Notes under the pieces: generated by a model
Databases searched by the model: none
Told to the model about the DNA's origin: nothing
What the model saw: only the letters and a program-made list of their open reading frames with translations
In this document: positions 1-8,164 of the stretch, in pieces
Numbering within the stretch: the first letter of the stretch is position 1
Layout of the letters: each line of letters begins with the position of its first letter
Source: Nanobdellota archaeon
GTDB lineage: Archaea > Nanobdellota > Nanobdellia > Pacearchaeales > GW2011-AR1
Assembly: GCA_017610405.1 (NCBI GenBank)
Contig: JAFCCD010000001.1
Location: 1 to 45,891 of the forward strand
Reading direction: 5' to 3'
Length of the DNA stretch: 45,891 nucleotides
Translations under genes and position numbers: made by a program

Positions 1-2640
1 TTGTTGCTGGAGGAAGTTCAAATGTAGGAATTGTATATGGTACAGGATCTGGAGTTTCTTCTCTTGACTTAGTTCAAGCAGGAAACATTCAATCTAGTCT
101 TCAGTCTTTTATGACTGGAACAACTGGAACTACCACAACTACGAGTGGAGAGACCGTATCACTAAGTGGATCTGATAAAATATGGCTTAACACTTCATTG
201 AATGCTGTTAAGACAACCCTAACAAAGAGTGACCTTCCAACAGTTCTAGCTGATTATACTTTCTCTGGTGATGTTACATCAAAAGTTACATCAACAATAA
301 AGCTTATCGCAGGTAATACTGCTACAACAGCATCTACTCAAAACACAGGAACTGTTATTTTTGCTAAACAGCCATCAAGTAGTGAGGACCCTGTTATTGG
401 AATAAGCATTGGATCAAGTGCGACAGCACAGCCATTATATAACGCCTCTGTAACAATGAGTGCTATCAACTTTACACACGCTGACACAGAAGGTGAGGAA
501 ATTGTTCTTTTCGGACAATCATTCACAATTGCTTCAGCAACAGATCTTACAAAGCTTGTTTTATTAAAGGATGCTGAGAAAGTTACTTTATCTGTTCCAA
601 GTAGTCCTTCTACAACTGTTGAAGTTGGAGGAGAAACATACACAATCAAATTAATTACTGCTTCAAGTACCTCTGCAAATATTGAGGTTACAAATAGTGC
701 AGGAGAAAGCGCTTCAAAAGAAGTTGACGAAGCTGCTTCAAAAAGAATTAATGGATTAGATGTTGCTGTTACAACAGCTACCTCAAGTAGTCTTGAAAGT
801 GTTGGAGAATCTGCATCTATCATTTTAGGATCTGAAAAAGTCACTATAACTAGTGCTTCTATAGTAACAGTTGGTGAAAATGAGGATCCTGTTGATGGAA
901 CATATGCATACATCGTAGGAGGAACTGGTGCAGCTACAGAAATTGCTGTAACAGTATTTAGACCTGATTCAACAAATGATGCTATTCTTGGAGGAGAGTC
1001 CTTTGAGGACCCTGTCTTCGGAAGCTTCAAGGTTGATTTCGCAGGACTAACAGTCCCTTTAGATGATACAGCCAGAGAAACAATTCTTGTAACAACAGCT
1101 GGAGACGACTCAATGACTGTGAAGTTCACAGAACAAGGAGGATTTGAAAAATCTTTTGATTTTGCACACAACGAAAGTGGTGTGTGGAAACTTGGAGACG
1201 ATTCAAACTATAGTATCGCTGTAACAGAGATGGCAAATCTTTCTTATGCAAGCGCTGTTGGAAGCGGAGGACTTGGTACAAGTGATGATGGATCTGCAAA
1301 GTATGTTGTTGTAGGAAATGAAGATTATGGACACCTATTAGAGTTATACGATGTTTACAACCAGTCAACTGGCACATCTGCTATAACAAATGATAGAGTA
1401 AAGTTCAGAGATGTCTTCACAGGAGAAGCATATGAAACAACTTTCACAAGCACAGAAGGTACTGGAACAATAGATGTTGATGGTAAGAGATATACTATTT
1501 TCTTCAATGGTACAGGAGAAGCTGCTAATGTGCAGCTTAAGTACCCGGCAGGAGATTCTGCCATAAACGCTTATGTAGTATTCCCAACAATTGAAACTGT
1601 AAATGGTGCTTTGGTTCAGTTTTATCAGCCAACACTGCTTAACTTGACAGATATGAACTCTAGTGTAGGACGTAATGATGCATTAGCAGGAGTACAAACT
1701 AAAGGAGGTGGAGCAATAATATTGAACCTACCAAATGGAGCTGATTACACTGCTGTGACTCTTACAAACAACGCCACATCTGGTTATGACACAGCATGGA
1801 ATGTTGGATCAAATGCAACAGCTGATTTGATTACTAACTTGACAGCAAACACCTATGACGCTATTGGTCTCAACACAAACATAACGTTTACTGTTGGAAC
1901 AGTATCTTATAGGCTTACATCTGTTGGAGTAGATAATATGACACAGATTGCTATTGTTGACCCAGAAGCAGCAGTACAAGAATCTGGGGCAATTATTGAC
2001 CAACCAGCCCTTATTGTATATGAAGGTAAAGATGATAATTCAGAGTATCACGCAATTGTAATTGATCTTAAGGACCATCCAGCAGGAGATTCTACAACAC
2101 CTGTTGAAGTAAATGATGTGTTGTTTTCATCAGACTACTATCATAGTTCTGCTACAAGAGCTAGTGATAGCAAGTTTACAGAAGATATAGACTGGTGGGG
2201 AACACTTGTCACACAAGATGCAACTGATACTGCCACAACGGCTACAATCAGTTACCCTAAGACACAAGTATATGCACAGGTATATGTTGGTGAAATAGGA
2301 TCAAGTATTAGTGGTGGAACAACTGGTGGAGCAACATCACTTGGTGATGTTTTAGTAAAGGACTCAGAAGTAAGTTCAGTAAGTTCAAAGAACTTAATCA
2401 GGTGGAGCTTATTGTGGTTCTGCATGGACAGACGCAACAAGTGTTGGTTCAGGACAGTTCTTGCTACAAAGCTTTGGAGATGCTTACACAACTGGTAAAA
2501 TTGCATTGTTAGTTGCTGGTTATGACGTTGCAGACACTGTAAATGCTGCAACATACCTAAAAACTCAGACAGTTGATACAACAGCTGATAAGAAGTATAT
2601 AGGAACAACTGCAACTCAAGCAACACTTCAGGTAGAATAA
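1..2640 (+). CDS. S-layer-like surface glycoprotein, 5'-partial (open to the window edge), with an apparent +1 frameshift near 2398-2401 (frame A to stop at 2498; frame B 2398..2640)
   Basis: Frame A has no stop from base 3 onward, so the ATG at 111 is probably internal. The protein is Thr/Ser/Ala/Gly-rich and Cys-free, with about a dozen N-X-S/T sequons. After 'SSVSSKNLI' frame A becomes W/C/R-rich junk, while frame B reads 'SGGAYCGSAWTDATSVGSG...GKIALLVAGYDVADTVNAATYL...QATLQVE*' with matching composition. An oligo-T terminator follows. Confidence 0.7.
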
Positions 2641-2661
2641 ATCTATAAATTTTAATTTTAA

Positions 2662-2680
2662 TTTTTTTTTCTTTTTTTTT
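2662..2680 (+). terminator. Oligo-T archaeal terminator after the S-layer-like gene
   Basis: T9-C-T9 run about 20 nt after the frame-B stop codon at 2638-2640. Confidence 0.6.
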
Positions 2681-2713
2681 AAGGGATTAGCAAGAGCTGT
2701 ATCCTTTGAAATT

Positions 2714-2726
2714 AAATTTATAAATA
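2714..2726 (+). promoter_or_regulatory. BRE/TATA-like element for the 2746 gene
   Basis: 'aaatttataaata' ends 20 nt before the ATG at 2746. This implies a leaderless or very short-leader mRNA. Confidence 0.45.
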
Positions 2727-2745
2727 AGGTAAATAATTATTTAAT

Positions 2746-3312
2746 ATGAAAAAATTAATCTCAAAAAGTGAAAGAGAAAAAAGAACCAAAAAGAACCAAA
2801 TAACTATGGGGCTTATTCTTGTTTTTCTAATGATTTTAAGTGTTCTTGGTTTTGCTCTTCAGGGAAACATTGGTAATAAAGAGGATAAAGATAAAATGGT
2901 TTATGATGAATTTGAATTCACTTATATCAATGGATTCTGGAGAATTGGAGATTTTGCATTTATTTACAATCCTGAGCAAGTTCCTGAAATAGGATTTGCA
3001 TTAAAAGATGCAACATTTTACCAAGGACTTCCAACATATGTTTACTCTGAAAACAGTGAATCTAAAACAGAGTTAAAAGTAAATTTAGCACTAATTGCTG
3101 AAGAAGTACAGGAAGCTTGTATAGATAAAGAGGAGATTGAATGCCCTGAAGGAATTCCTATGAAAACTTGTGAAGATCATTTTATAATTATAAGAGAAGG
3201 CAACATTAGTTTAATAAAGCAAGAAAATAATTGTGTTTATATTGAAGGTCCAGAAGAAGAACTTTTAAAATTAACTGACCAATTTTTATTTAAAATTCTT
3301 GGAATAAAATAA
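2746..3312 (+). CDS. Hypothetical N-terminally membrane-anchored protein (Lys-rich cytoplasmic tail, one TM helix, Cys-containing ectodomain)
   Basis: The N-terminus 'MKKLISKSEREKRTKKNQ' is followed by the hydrophobic helix 'ITMGLILVFLMILSVLGFAL'. The C-terminal half contains 5 Cys. I recognise no family. Confidence 0.6.
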   Translation: MKKLISKSEREKRTKKNQITMGLILVFLMILSVLGFALQGNIGNKEDKDKMVYDEFEFTYINGFWRIGDFAFIYNPEQVPEIGFALKDATFYQGLPTYVYSENSESKTELKVNLALIAEEVQEACIDKEEIECPEGIPMKTCEDHFIIIREGNISLIKQENNCVYIEGPEEELLKLTDQFLFKILGIK

Positions 3313-3318
3313 TAACAA

Positions 3319-3969
3319 ATGGCAAAGAAAAAAATAACAAAAAAGAAGAAAACAAAGAAAGAACTGCAAGAAGAGAAGAGAATTCAAAAAAAAGAACAGA
3401 TTAAATCTGAAAATCGTATCCTTAGAAATTTATTCTTAGGAGTAGGAATTATTATAATCCTATGTATTATTGTTATTTTCTTTATCAATCAAGCAAAGAA
3501 TTTTGAATATGAGGGGGTTAAATTCAAAATCGTCAAAGAGGGAAACCTAATTCTGTATCAAACATCAATCCCAGTAATTTATCAAGGAAAGGAAGTTCCT
3601 TATAATTTTTATCTTAGAAATGATCCGAGAAAACTTTCAAAAATTCCATTTGAAGGAGATATTAATCTTGCAGAGATTCTTGTTATAAATAGCACAGAAG
3701 ATTTTAATTGCGATGGAGATGGTATAATAGCTGTTGCAAATCTGCTTAATCTTTACAAAATATCAGGAATAGAGGTAATAAAAGATGATACTGCTATGTG
3801 TGATCCTGAGGGAAAATATGCTTTCATACAAATGCAGGCGGGAAATGAAACAAGTATAGAAAAATTTGGTCCTGCTTGTTTTAATATTAATATAAAAAAC
3901 TGTGAAGTATTAAAGGCTTTAGAGAGATTAATGATAGAATCTTTTATTGAGATGAATAAATTACTCTAA
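3319..3969 (+). CDS. Hypothetical N-terminally membrane-anchored protein, distant paralog of the 2746..3312 product
   Basis: It has a K/E-rich N-tail of about 35 aa, the TM helix 'LFLGVGIIIILCIIVIFFI' and a Cys-containing ectodomain. It lies 6 nt downstream of the previous gene and shares its architecture. Confidence 0.6.
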   Translation: MAKKKITKKKKTKKELQEEKRIQKKEQIKSENRILRNLFLGVGIIIILCIIVIFFINQAKNFEYEGVKFKIVKEGNLILYQTSIPVIYQGKEVPYNFYLRNDPRKLSKIPFEGDINLAEILVINSTEDFNCDGDGIIAVANLLNLYKISGIEVIKDDTAMCDPEGKYAFIQMQAGNETSIEKFGPACFNINIKNCEVLKALERLMIESFIEMNKLL

Positions 3970-3971
3970 TT

Positions 3972-4532
3972 TTAATTTTTCTTTTTTATGAGAGATTTCT
4001 TGTATAAAAATTTTATATCAGAATAAAAGGGAATTTCCTTTATCTTGAAAATCTTTACTTCTACAAACCAAATTCCCACTACTATTATTGTGCTGAATCC
4101 ATACCATAATATTGTATGTGTAACATCAAAATAAGAAAAATTTGTTGCAGCTAGAGAAGCTAATATAAAGATTCTTAAAATATTTAAAATCAAAAACGTG
4201 GCAAAAGAAAAAAGAATCGCATAAATTCTCGTCTTTAATTTTATATCAGGTGTTGACAGATTAAGAACAAATAAAAGATAATATGCAGAACCTGCAATGC
4301 ATGCAGATATGAGCTCTATCGGAATATTGTTTATTAGAAAATATATCTTGGAAAAAAGGGTCACATTAAAAAACAATCCGAGAAGAAAATAAACAGGATA
4401 AACTGTCAAGGGAGTGAATATAAAATAAAAGATATAAAGACCTGGAAGCGCAATAAGAATAAGAATAAGATATCTAAGAGGTATATTTAGAAAACTCTTA
4501 AGATCTTTATTTTCTTTCCTCTTTTTCTTCAT
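3972..4532 (-). CDS. Miniature exosortase/archaeosortase-family protein (putative transpeptidase)
   Basis: 186-aa polytopic membrane protein. It carries Cys78 in 'ELISACIAGS', Arg120 in 'LNILRIF' and His139 in 'DVTHTILWYG', the Cys/Arg/His arrangement of the family. It lies directly downstream of a protein with a C-terminal sorting-signal-like tail. Confidence 0.6.
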   Translation of the reverse strand: MKKKRKENKDLKSFLNIPLRYLILILIALPGLYIFYFIFTPLTVYPVYFLLGLFFNVTLFSKIYFLINNIPIELISACIAGSAYYLLFVLNLSTPDIKLKTRIYAILFSFATFLILNILRIFILASLAATNFSYFDVTHTILWYGFSTIIVVGIWFVEVKIFKIKEIPFYSDIKFLYKKSLIKKKN

Positions 4533-4581
4533 ATAAAATTTAAAAGAATTATCTTTAAATAATTTGGGGATAGCAGTATTT

Positions 4582-6273
4582 TTATTTTCTTCTTGCTATT
4601 CGAATCGCTACAAATATAATCACTATTACAAGGATTAAATTCAAAAGTCCAAGTCCCCACAAAGAAGTGTTTTCAATTGCAAGACCAGTAATACCAAGGA
4701 AAGATCCTGCTTTTTCCACATTAACTGAGACAGGTTGTCTTGTTACATCATCTTCTGAAACAAATTCTATAAAGAATGTTTGGGTTCCTAAAACATCTCT
4801 CTTTATATCAAATTTGAAAAGAATATTTTTTGATTGTCCTGCATCTAATACAATTGTATTTTGATCTTGTGATATAAATTCTGCCCATGAAGCAAACTCT
4901 GCAGCATTTACAGTGAATGTTCTTAATTCATTACCATTATTTGTGATTGTTGCTTTAATAGTCATCTCTTTTCCAGCTTTTGATTCTGATTCAAGACTTG
5001 CAGAAACTAAAATATCTGTTAAAACTCCACCACAATTTCCTTCAACTTTAAAAGGAACAGTAAATTCTGAAAGATCATCATCATTGTTCTCAAAGACATC
5101 TCCGTCTTCATCATTAACCTCAAATTTTAAGGCATAGAATTTCTCATCTATGTTTTGAGGAACTGTGAATGTGAATGATATCTGTTGTCTGTCGAATTCG
5201 TCAATATCTCCAACTTCAATAATTTGATTGAATCCAAGAATGCTCTCTCTGCCAGAAACTATAACAGAAACTTCATCCTGATCTCTGTCTCCAATATTCC
5301 AAACATCTGCAGTAACTGTAACTGTTTCTCCACATGAAAGAGTATCTGGCAAGTCTATATTATCAAGAACTACAAAATCTTCAATTAAAATAGTAGATGA
5401 TTCATAAGCATATGCACATGTATCTTCCCCGTCATCTGGAGAATCATTATCATCAATTACTCCATTTGCAACAACATAAAATCTGTAATTATCCATATTT
5501 TCAACAAATTCATCAAGATCAATATCAAGATTATCATCTAGTGTAAAAGTTACCATAAAAGTCTCTTTATCCCCATCTTTTATATTAAACTCATTCTCTT
5601 CATCAATATCAATTAACCAATCACCATCTTCAAGACTATATATTCCCCATTCAACACTTACATCATCAATATCATAGTTTCCATCGTTTTTAACCTCAAT
5701 CTCAACTTCAATTTCTTCAAATGGGAACCAGCTATCATCATCTTCCCCAAAATTACTATACTGCAATCCCTCATTAGTAAACTCTATGTTTTTAATTTCA
5801 AGGTTTCCTGGATTTCCTATTGTCTGGCAATCAAGAATCTCTTGTGGGTGTTGTGAAGTAACATTAATAGATATAGGAATATCATAATTTACAAGAGAAG
5901 TATAAGTTCCTGTTAGATTTAAATTTCCAGTATAATTACCCAAGACCTGAGTTGAAGGAACATTAAATGTTAAAGTCATTGTTCCGCTAGTCACTGATTG
6001 ATTTAATGTTGTAACCATTCCTGTAACGCTTGAAGCAGAAGTAAGTGTATTTGCTCCAGAAGTTAAATCAAAAGGAACATTAAAAGACATATTTGTTAAA
6101 TTTCCATATCCACTTTCTTCTAATGTAAAAGAAACTGTAGCTGTCTTTCCTTGAGCAACAGATTGTGTTTGCCCTACAACATTAGTAAAATCAACTGCTG
6201 CGTTTGCAAAACTCATTAAGAATACAAATGTAAAAACACTCAACACAAACAAACTTAATATTTTTGTTTTCAT
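4582..6273 (-). CDS. Secreted surface protein with CARDB/Ig-like repeats, an acidic core, and a C-terminal TM helix plus basic tail (putative archaeosortase substrate)
   Basis: Signal peptide 'MKTKILSLFVLSVFTFVFLMSFANA'. The start at 6273 is preferred over the track start at 6348 because a TATA-like 'ctttataaatc' (minus strand, 6306-6316) lies between them. CARDB-like strands include 'VTVTADVWNIGDRDQDEVSV' and 'MTIKATITNNGNELRTFTV'. The C-terminus reads 'GITGLAIENTSLWGLGLLNLILVIVIIFVAIRIARRK*'. Confidence 0.75.
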   Translation of the reverse strand: MKTKILSLFVLSVFTFVFLMSFANAAVDFTNVVGQTQSVAQGKTATVSFTLEESGYGNLTNMSFNVPFDLTSGANTLTSASSVTGMVTTLNQSVTSGTMTLTFNVPSTQVLGNYTGNLNLTGTYTSLVNYDIPISINVTSQHPQEILDCQTIGNPGNLEIKNIEFTNEGLQYSNFGEDDDSWFPFEEIEVEIEVKNDGNYDIDDVSVEWGIYSLEDGDWLIDIDEENEFNIKDGDKETFMVTFTLDDNLDIDLDEFVENMDNYRFYVVANGVIDDNDSPDDGEDTCAYAYESSTILIEDFVVLDNIDLPDTLSCGETVTVTADVWNIGDRDQDEVSVIVSGRESILGFNQIIEVGDIDEFDRQQISFTFTVPQNIDEKFYALKFEVNDEDGDVFENNDDDLSEFTVPFKVEGNCGGVLTDILVSASLESESKAGKEMTIKATITNNGNELRTFTVNAAEFASWAEFISQDQNTIVLDAGQSKNILFKFDIKRDVLGTQTFFIEFVSEDDVTRQPVSVNVEKAGSFLGITGLAIENTSLWGLGLLNLILVIVIIFVAIRIARRK

Positions 6274-6396
6274 TTTATTGTCTATTGTCATTTTGGAGTG
6301 AGAATGATTTATAAAGATTTGTATTATTAAGAATATACTAATTAACATAAAATTTATATAACTTTAAAACCTAATTTACATTAATTAAAGAGGAAA

Positions 6397-6783
6397 ATGG
6401 CAATAAAATCTCATGAAAATTCTGTAGGTGCCTGGGCATTTTTTATAGGAGTTATTCTTGCAATTTTGATAGGATTATCAACTACAATCTTTTCAATTCC
6501 AACAGTTGTTGCATATAGTGCGCAGATTTATGCTTTATTAGTAATCCTTGGATTAATTATTGGATTTGTGAATATTCCGGGAAGAGATGCTCAAACTTTT
6601 TTATTGGCTGGAGCTATTTTAGTTGTTGTTAGTAAATTCGGAATGGATAGTGTTCGTGGTAGTTTAATAGGAATAGGTGTGGGAGATGCTGTATCCTCTA
6701 TTTTTGCAGCACTTTTGGCATTGTTTGTTCCTGCAACAATTGTTATGGCTTTGAAAACTATTTTCTCAATGTCAAAGGTTTGA
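6397..6783 (+). CDS. Hypothetical small integral membrane protein (about 4 TM helices)
   Basis: 128 aa, almost entirely hydrophobic helices rich in G/A/I/L. A TATA-like 'aatttatataac' lies at 6351-6362. Confidence 0.55.
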   Translation: MAIKSHENSVGAWAFFIGVILAILIGLSTTIFSIPTVVAYSAQIYALLVILGLIIGFVNIPGRDAQTFLLAGAILVVVSKFGMDSVRGSLIGIGVGDAVSSIFAALLALFVPATIVMALKTIFSMSKV

Positions 6784-6865
6784 ACTTGAAAATATCCTTA
6801 TATATAAATAGGGGGATGATTAATTGATCACAAAAACAAATAGGTTTCTAAAACTTGATTCTAGT

Positions 6866-7258
6866 TTAATAAAATTTCTTTGATTTTTCTTCTTTATGTT
6901 TTGGCATTTCTTTATGGATTTTTGCAAAAGAAGGTGTTGCAATTACTATATTTTCTCCAAAACCAGCAATATTTCCCTCAAGGGCATCTATTGTCTTTTT
7001 TATTTTAGAAATTACTCTTTTCAATTCAATAGAATCTTTCTGTCTTAGAATTTTTATATCAATTATTGCGATAGTATAACCTTCCCTTAAAGCATTAAGA
7101 ATATCATTAACATCATCGTAATCTTTTAAAACAAAAAGTTTTACAAAGATTTTATTTTCATGCTCTTCTTTTCCTAAATCAATTTCAAGATATTCGTCAT
7201 TAAATTCATCCATACCACCTTTTTCTGAAAAAGCTCTTTTTATCTTATCAAAAACCAT
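6866..7258 (-). CDS. sepF: SepF-like cell division protein (FtsZ membrane anchor)
   Basis: 130 aa. It has an N-terminal amphipathic 'MVFDKIKRAFS' and then a SepF/DUF552-like core ('IFVKLFVLKDYDDVNDILNALREGYTIAIIDIKIL...IDALEGNIAGFGENIVIATP'). Confidence 0.75.
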   Translation of the reverse strand: MVFDKIKRAFSEKGGMDEFNDEYLEIDLGKEEHENKIFVKLFVLKDYDDVNDILNALREGYTIAIIDIKILRQKDSIELKRVISKIKKTIDALEGNIAGFGENIVIATPSFAKIHKEMPKHKEEKSKKFY

Positions 7259-7278
7259 ATTAATTTTAAATTGCAGAT

Positions 7279-7287
7279 ATTTATAAA
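7279..7287 (-). promoter_or_regulatory. TATA-like box for sepF
   Basis: The minus strand reads 'tttataaat', with its proximal edge 21 nt upstream of the ATG at 7258. Confidence 0.4.
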
Positions 7288-7330
7288 GATTTCGTAAGTT
7301 TTTTGCATATATTCCGTCGTTGTTAGAAAA

Positions 7331-7642
7331 TCAAAAAATTTCTTTCCTAAGAAAATCCATTTTTTCTACAAAAGAACCCTCTTGTTTTTCTATAGATTTT
7401 ATTCTTAGATTAAGAAGTTTTTCCTTATTTGCAAGTTCTTCTTTTACTTTTTTTGGATCTGCTTTTATCATTAACTGTCCTATTATTTTAAAGGTCTCAT
7501 CAGAATTTTCTATTTCTTTTTTTGCTACTTTTGTTTCTGAAATCTCTAATTGAAAAGCTTGTTTTTGAAGCATCAAATTATGAAGATTTTGCTCAAGAAT
7601 CTGTATTTCTTGAATTTTTTTTTCCTTGGTATCTTTATCCAT
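7331..7642 (-). CDS. pfdB: Prefoldin beta subunit
   Basis: 103-aa coiled-coil/beta-hairpin/coiled-coil protein: 'IQILEQNLHNLMLQKQAFQLEISETKVAKKEIE...TFKIIGQLMIKADPKKVKEEL'. It sits in the conserved L37Ae-RpoP-PfdB neighbourhood. Confidence 0.85.
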   Translation of the reverse strand: MDKDTKEKKIQEIQILEQNLHNLMLQKQAFQLEISETKVAKKEIENSDETFKIIGQLMIKADPKKVKEELANKEKLLNLRIKSIEKQEGSFVEKMDFLRKEIF

Positions 7643-7650
7643 TTTCTAAT

Positions 7651-7788
7651 TTATATTGCCTTCACTTTTTTAACTTTTGTTCTTGGTTTGTAGAAAATTT
7701 TTCCACCGCAATGAGGGCATACAAATCTCTTATCAAGATTGGTATTTTTGATTTTTTTCTCACATTTGAAACATTTATATGTTGGCAT
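7651..7788 (-). CDS. rpoP: DNA-directed RNA polymerase subunit P (Rpo12)
   Basis: Not in the ORF track (45 aa); read from the DNA as 'MPTYKCFKCEKKIKNTNLDKRFVCPHCGGKIFYKPRTKVKKVKAI*'. It has a CxxC...CxxC zinc ribbon with the typical RpoP length and tail. Confidence 0.85.
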   Translation of the reverse strand: MPTYKCFKCEKKIKNTNLDKRFVCPHCGGKIFYKPRTKVKKVKAI

Positions 7789-7829
7789 TTTATTCTCCTA
7801 AGATAATATTCCTTTATTTATTTTATGTA

Positions 7830-8048
7830 TCATTTTATATAATAAGCATCGTGAGCAAATTTTTTACCACATTTTTTACACTGCCATATTCCTTTGGAAA
7901 CCCTTTTCACTCCTGTTTTTTCGCAAAAAGGACATTTTTGCTTTATTCTCTGCTTTGTTTCAACAGCAATTAGTTTTGATTTAACTCTTTTTCCATATCT
8001 CGCGCCAAAACGTCCTGCTGATTTTATTTTTTTTAATTTTGATGCCAT
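7830..8048 (-). CDS. rpl37ae: Ribosomal protein L37Ae (eL43)
   Basis: 'SAGRFGARYGKRVK...CPFCEK..VKRVSKGIWQCKKCGKKFA' is the characteristic zinc-ribbon r-protein sequence. Confidence 0.92.
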   Translation of the reverse strand: MASKLKKIKSAGRFGARYGKRVKSKLIAVETKQRIKQKCPFCEKTGVKRVSKGIWQCKKCGKKFAHDAYYIK

Positions 8049-8060
8049 TTTTATGATAAA

Positions 8061-8133
8061 TGGGACTGCCCGGATTTGAACCGGGGTCGTCAGGCCCCAA
8101 ACCTGAAAGGCTACCAGGCTACCCCACAGTCCC
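8061..8133 (-). tRNA. tRNA-Pro (anticodon UGG)
   Basis: The reverse complement GGGACTGTGGGGTAGCCTGGTAGCCTTTCAGGTTTGGGGCCTGACGACCCCGGTTCAAATCCGGGCAGTCCCA folds as a cloverleaf. It has a 7-bp acceptor, anticodon stem TCAGG/CCTGA with loop TT-TGG-GG, and T-arm CCCGG-TTCAAAT-CCGGG. There is one G-G mismatch in the D-stem. Confidence 0.85.
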
Positions 8134-8164
8134 TTAATAAAAAAGAACTGAAGAGATTTATAAA

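Noticed and set aside
2398-2401. Programmed +1 ribosomal frameshift in the S-layer-like gene
   Set aside because: I see no slippery heptamer, rare or hungry codon, or downstream structure at the junction. An indel, real or from assembly, is the simpler explanation. The observation is kept as a finding, but the recoding interpretation is rejected.
338-2626. Antisense ORFs within the S-layer-like gene (338..1171, 1126..1377, 1355..1564, 1809..2003, 2252..2626)
   Set aside because: They lie entirely opposite a long, compositionally coherent coding frame. Their products are low-complexity mirror images with no start context or motifs. They are typical shadow ORFs of a relatively GC-richer, stop-poor gene.
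6274-6348. 25-codon N-terminal extension of the CARDB-like protein (track start at 6348)
   Set aside because: The extension ('MLISIFLIIQIFINHSHSK...') precedes a perfect signal peptide starting at Met26. It also contains the best minus-strand TATA-like box (6306-6316), so it is more likely promoter DNA.
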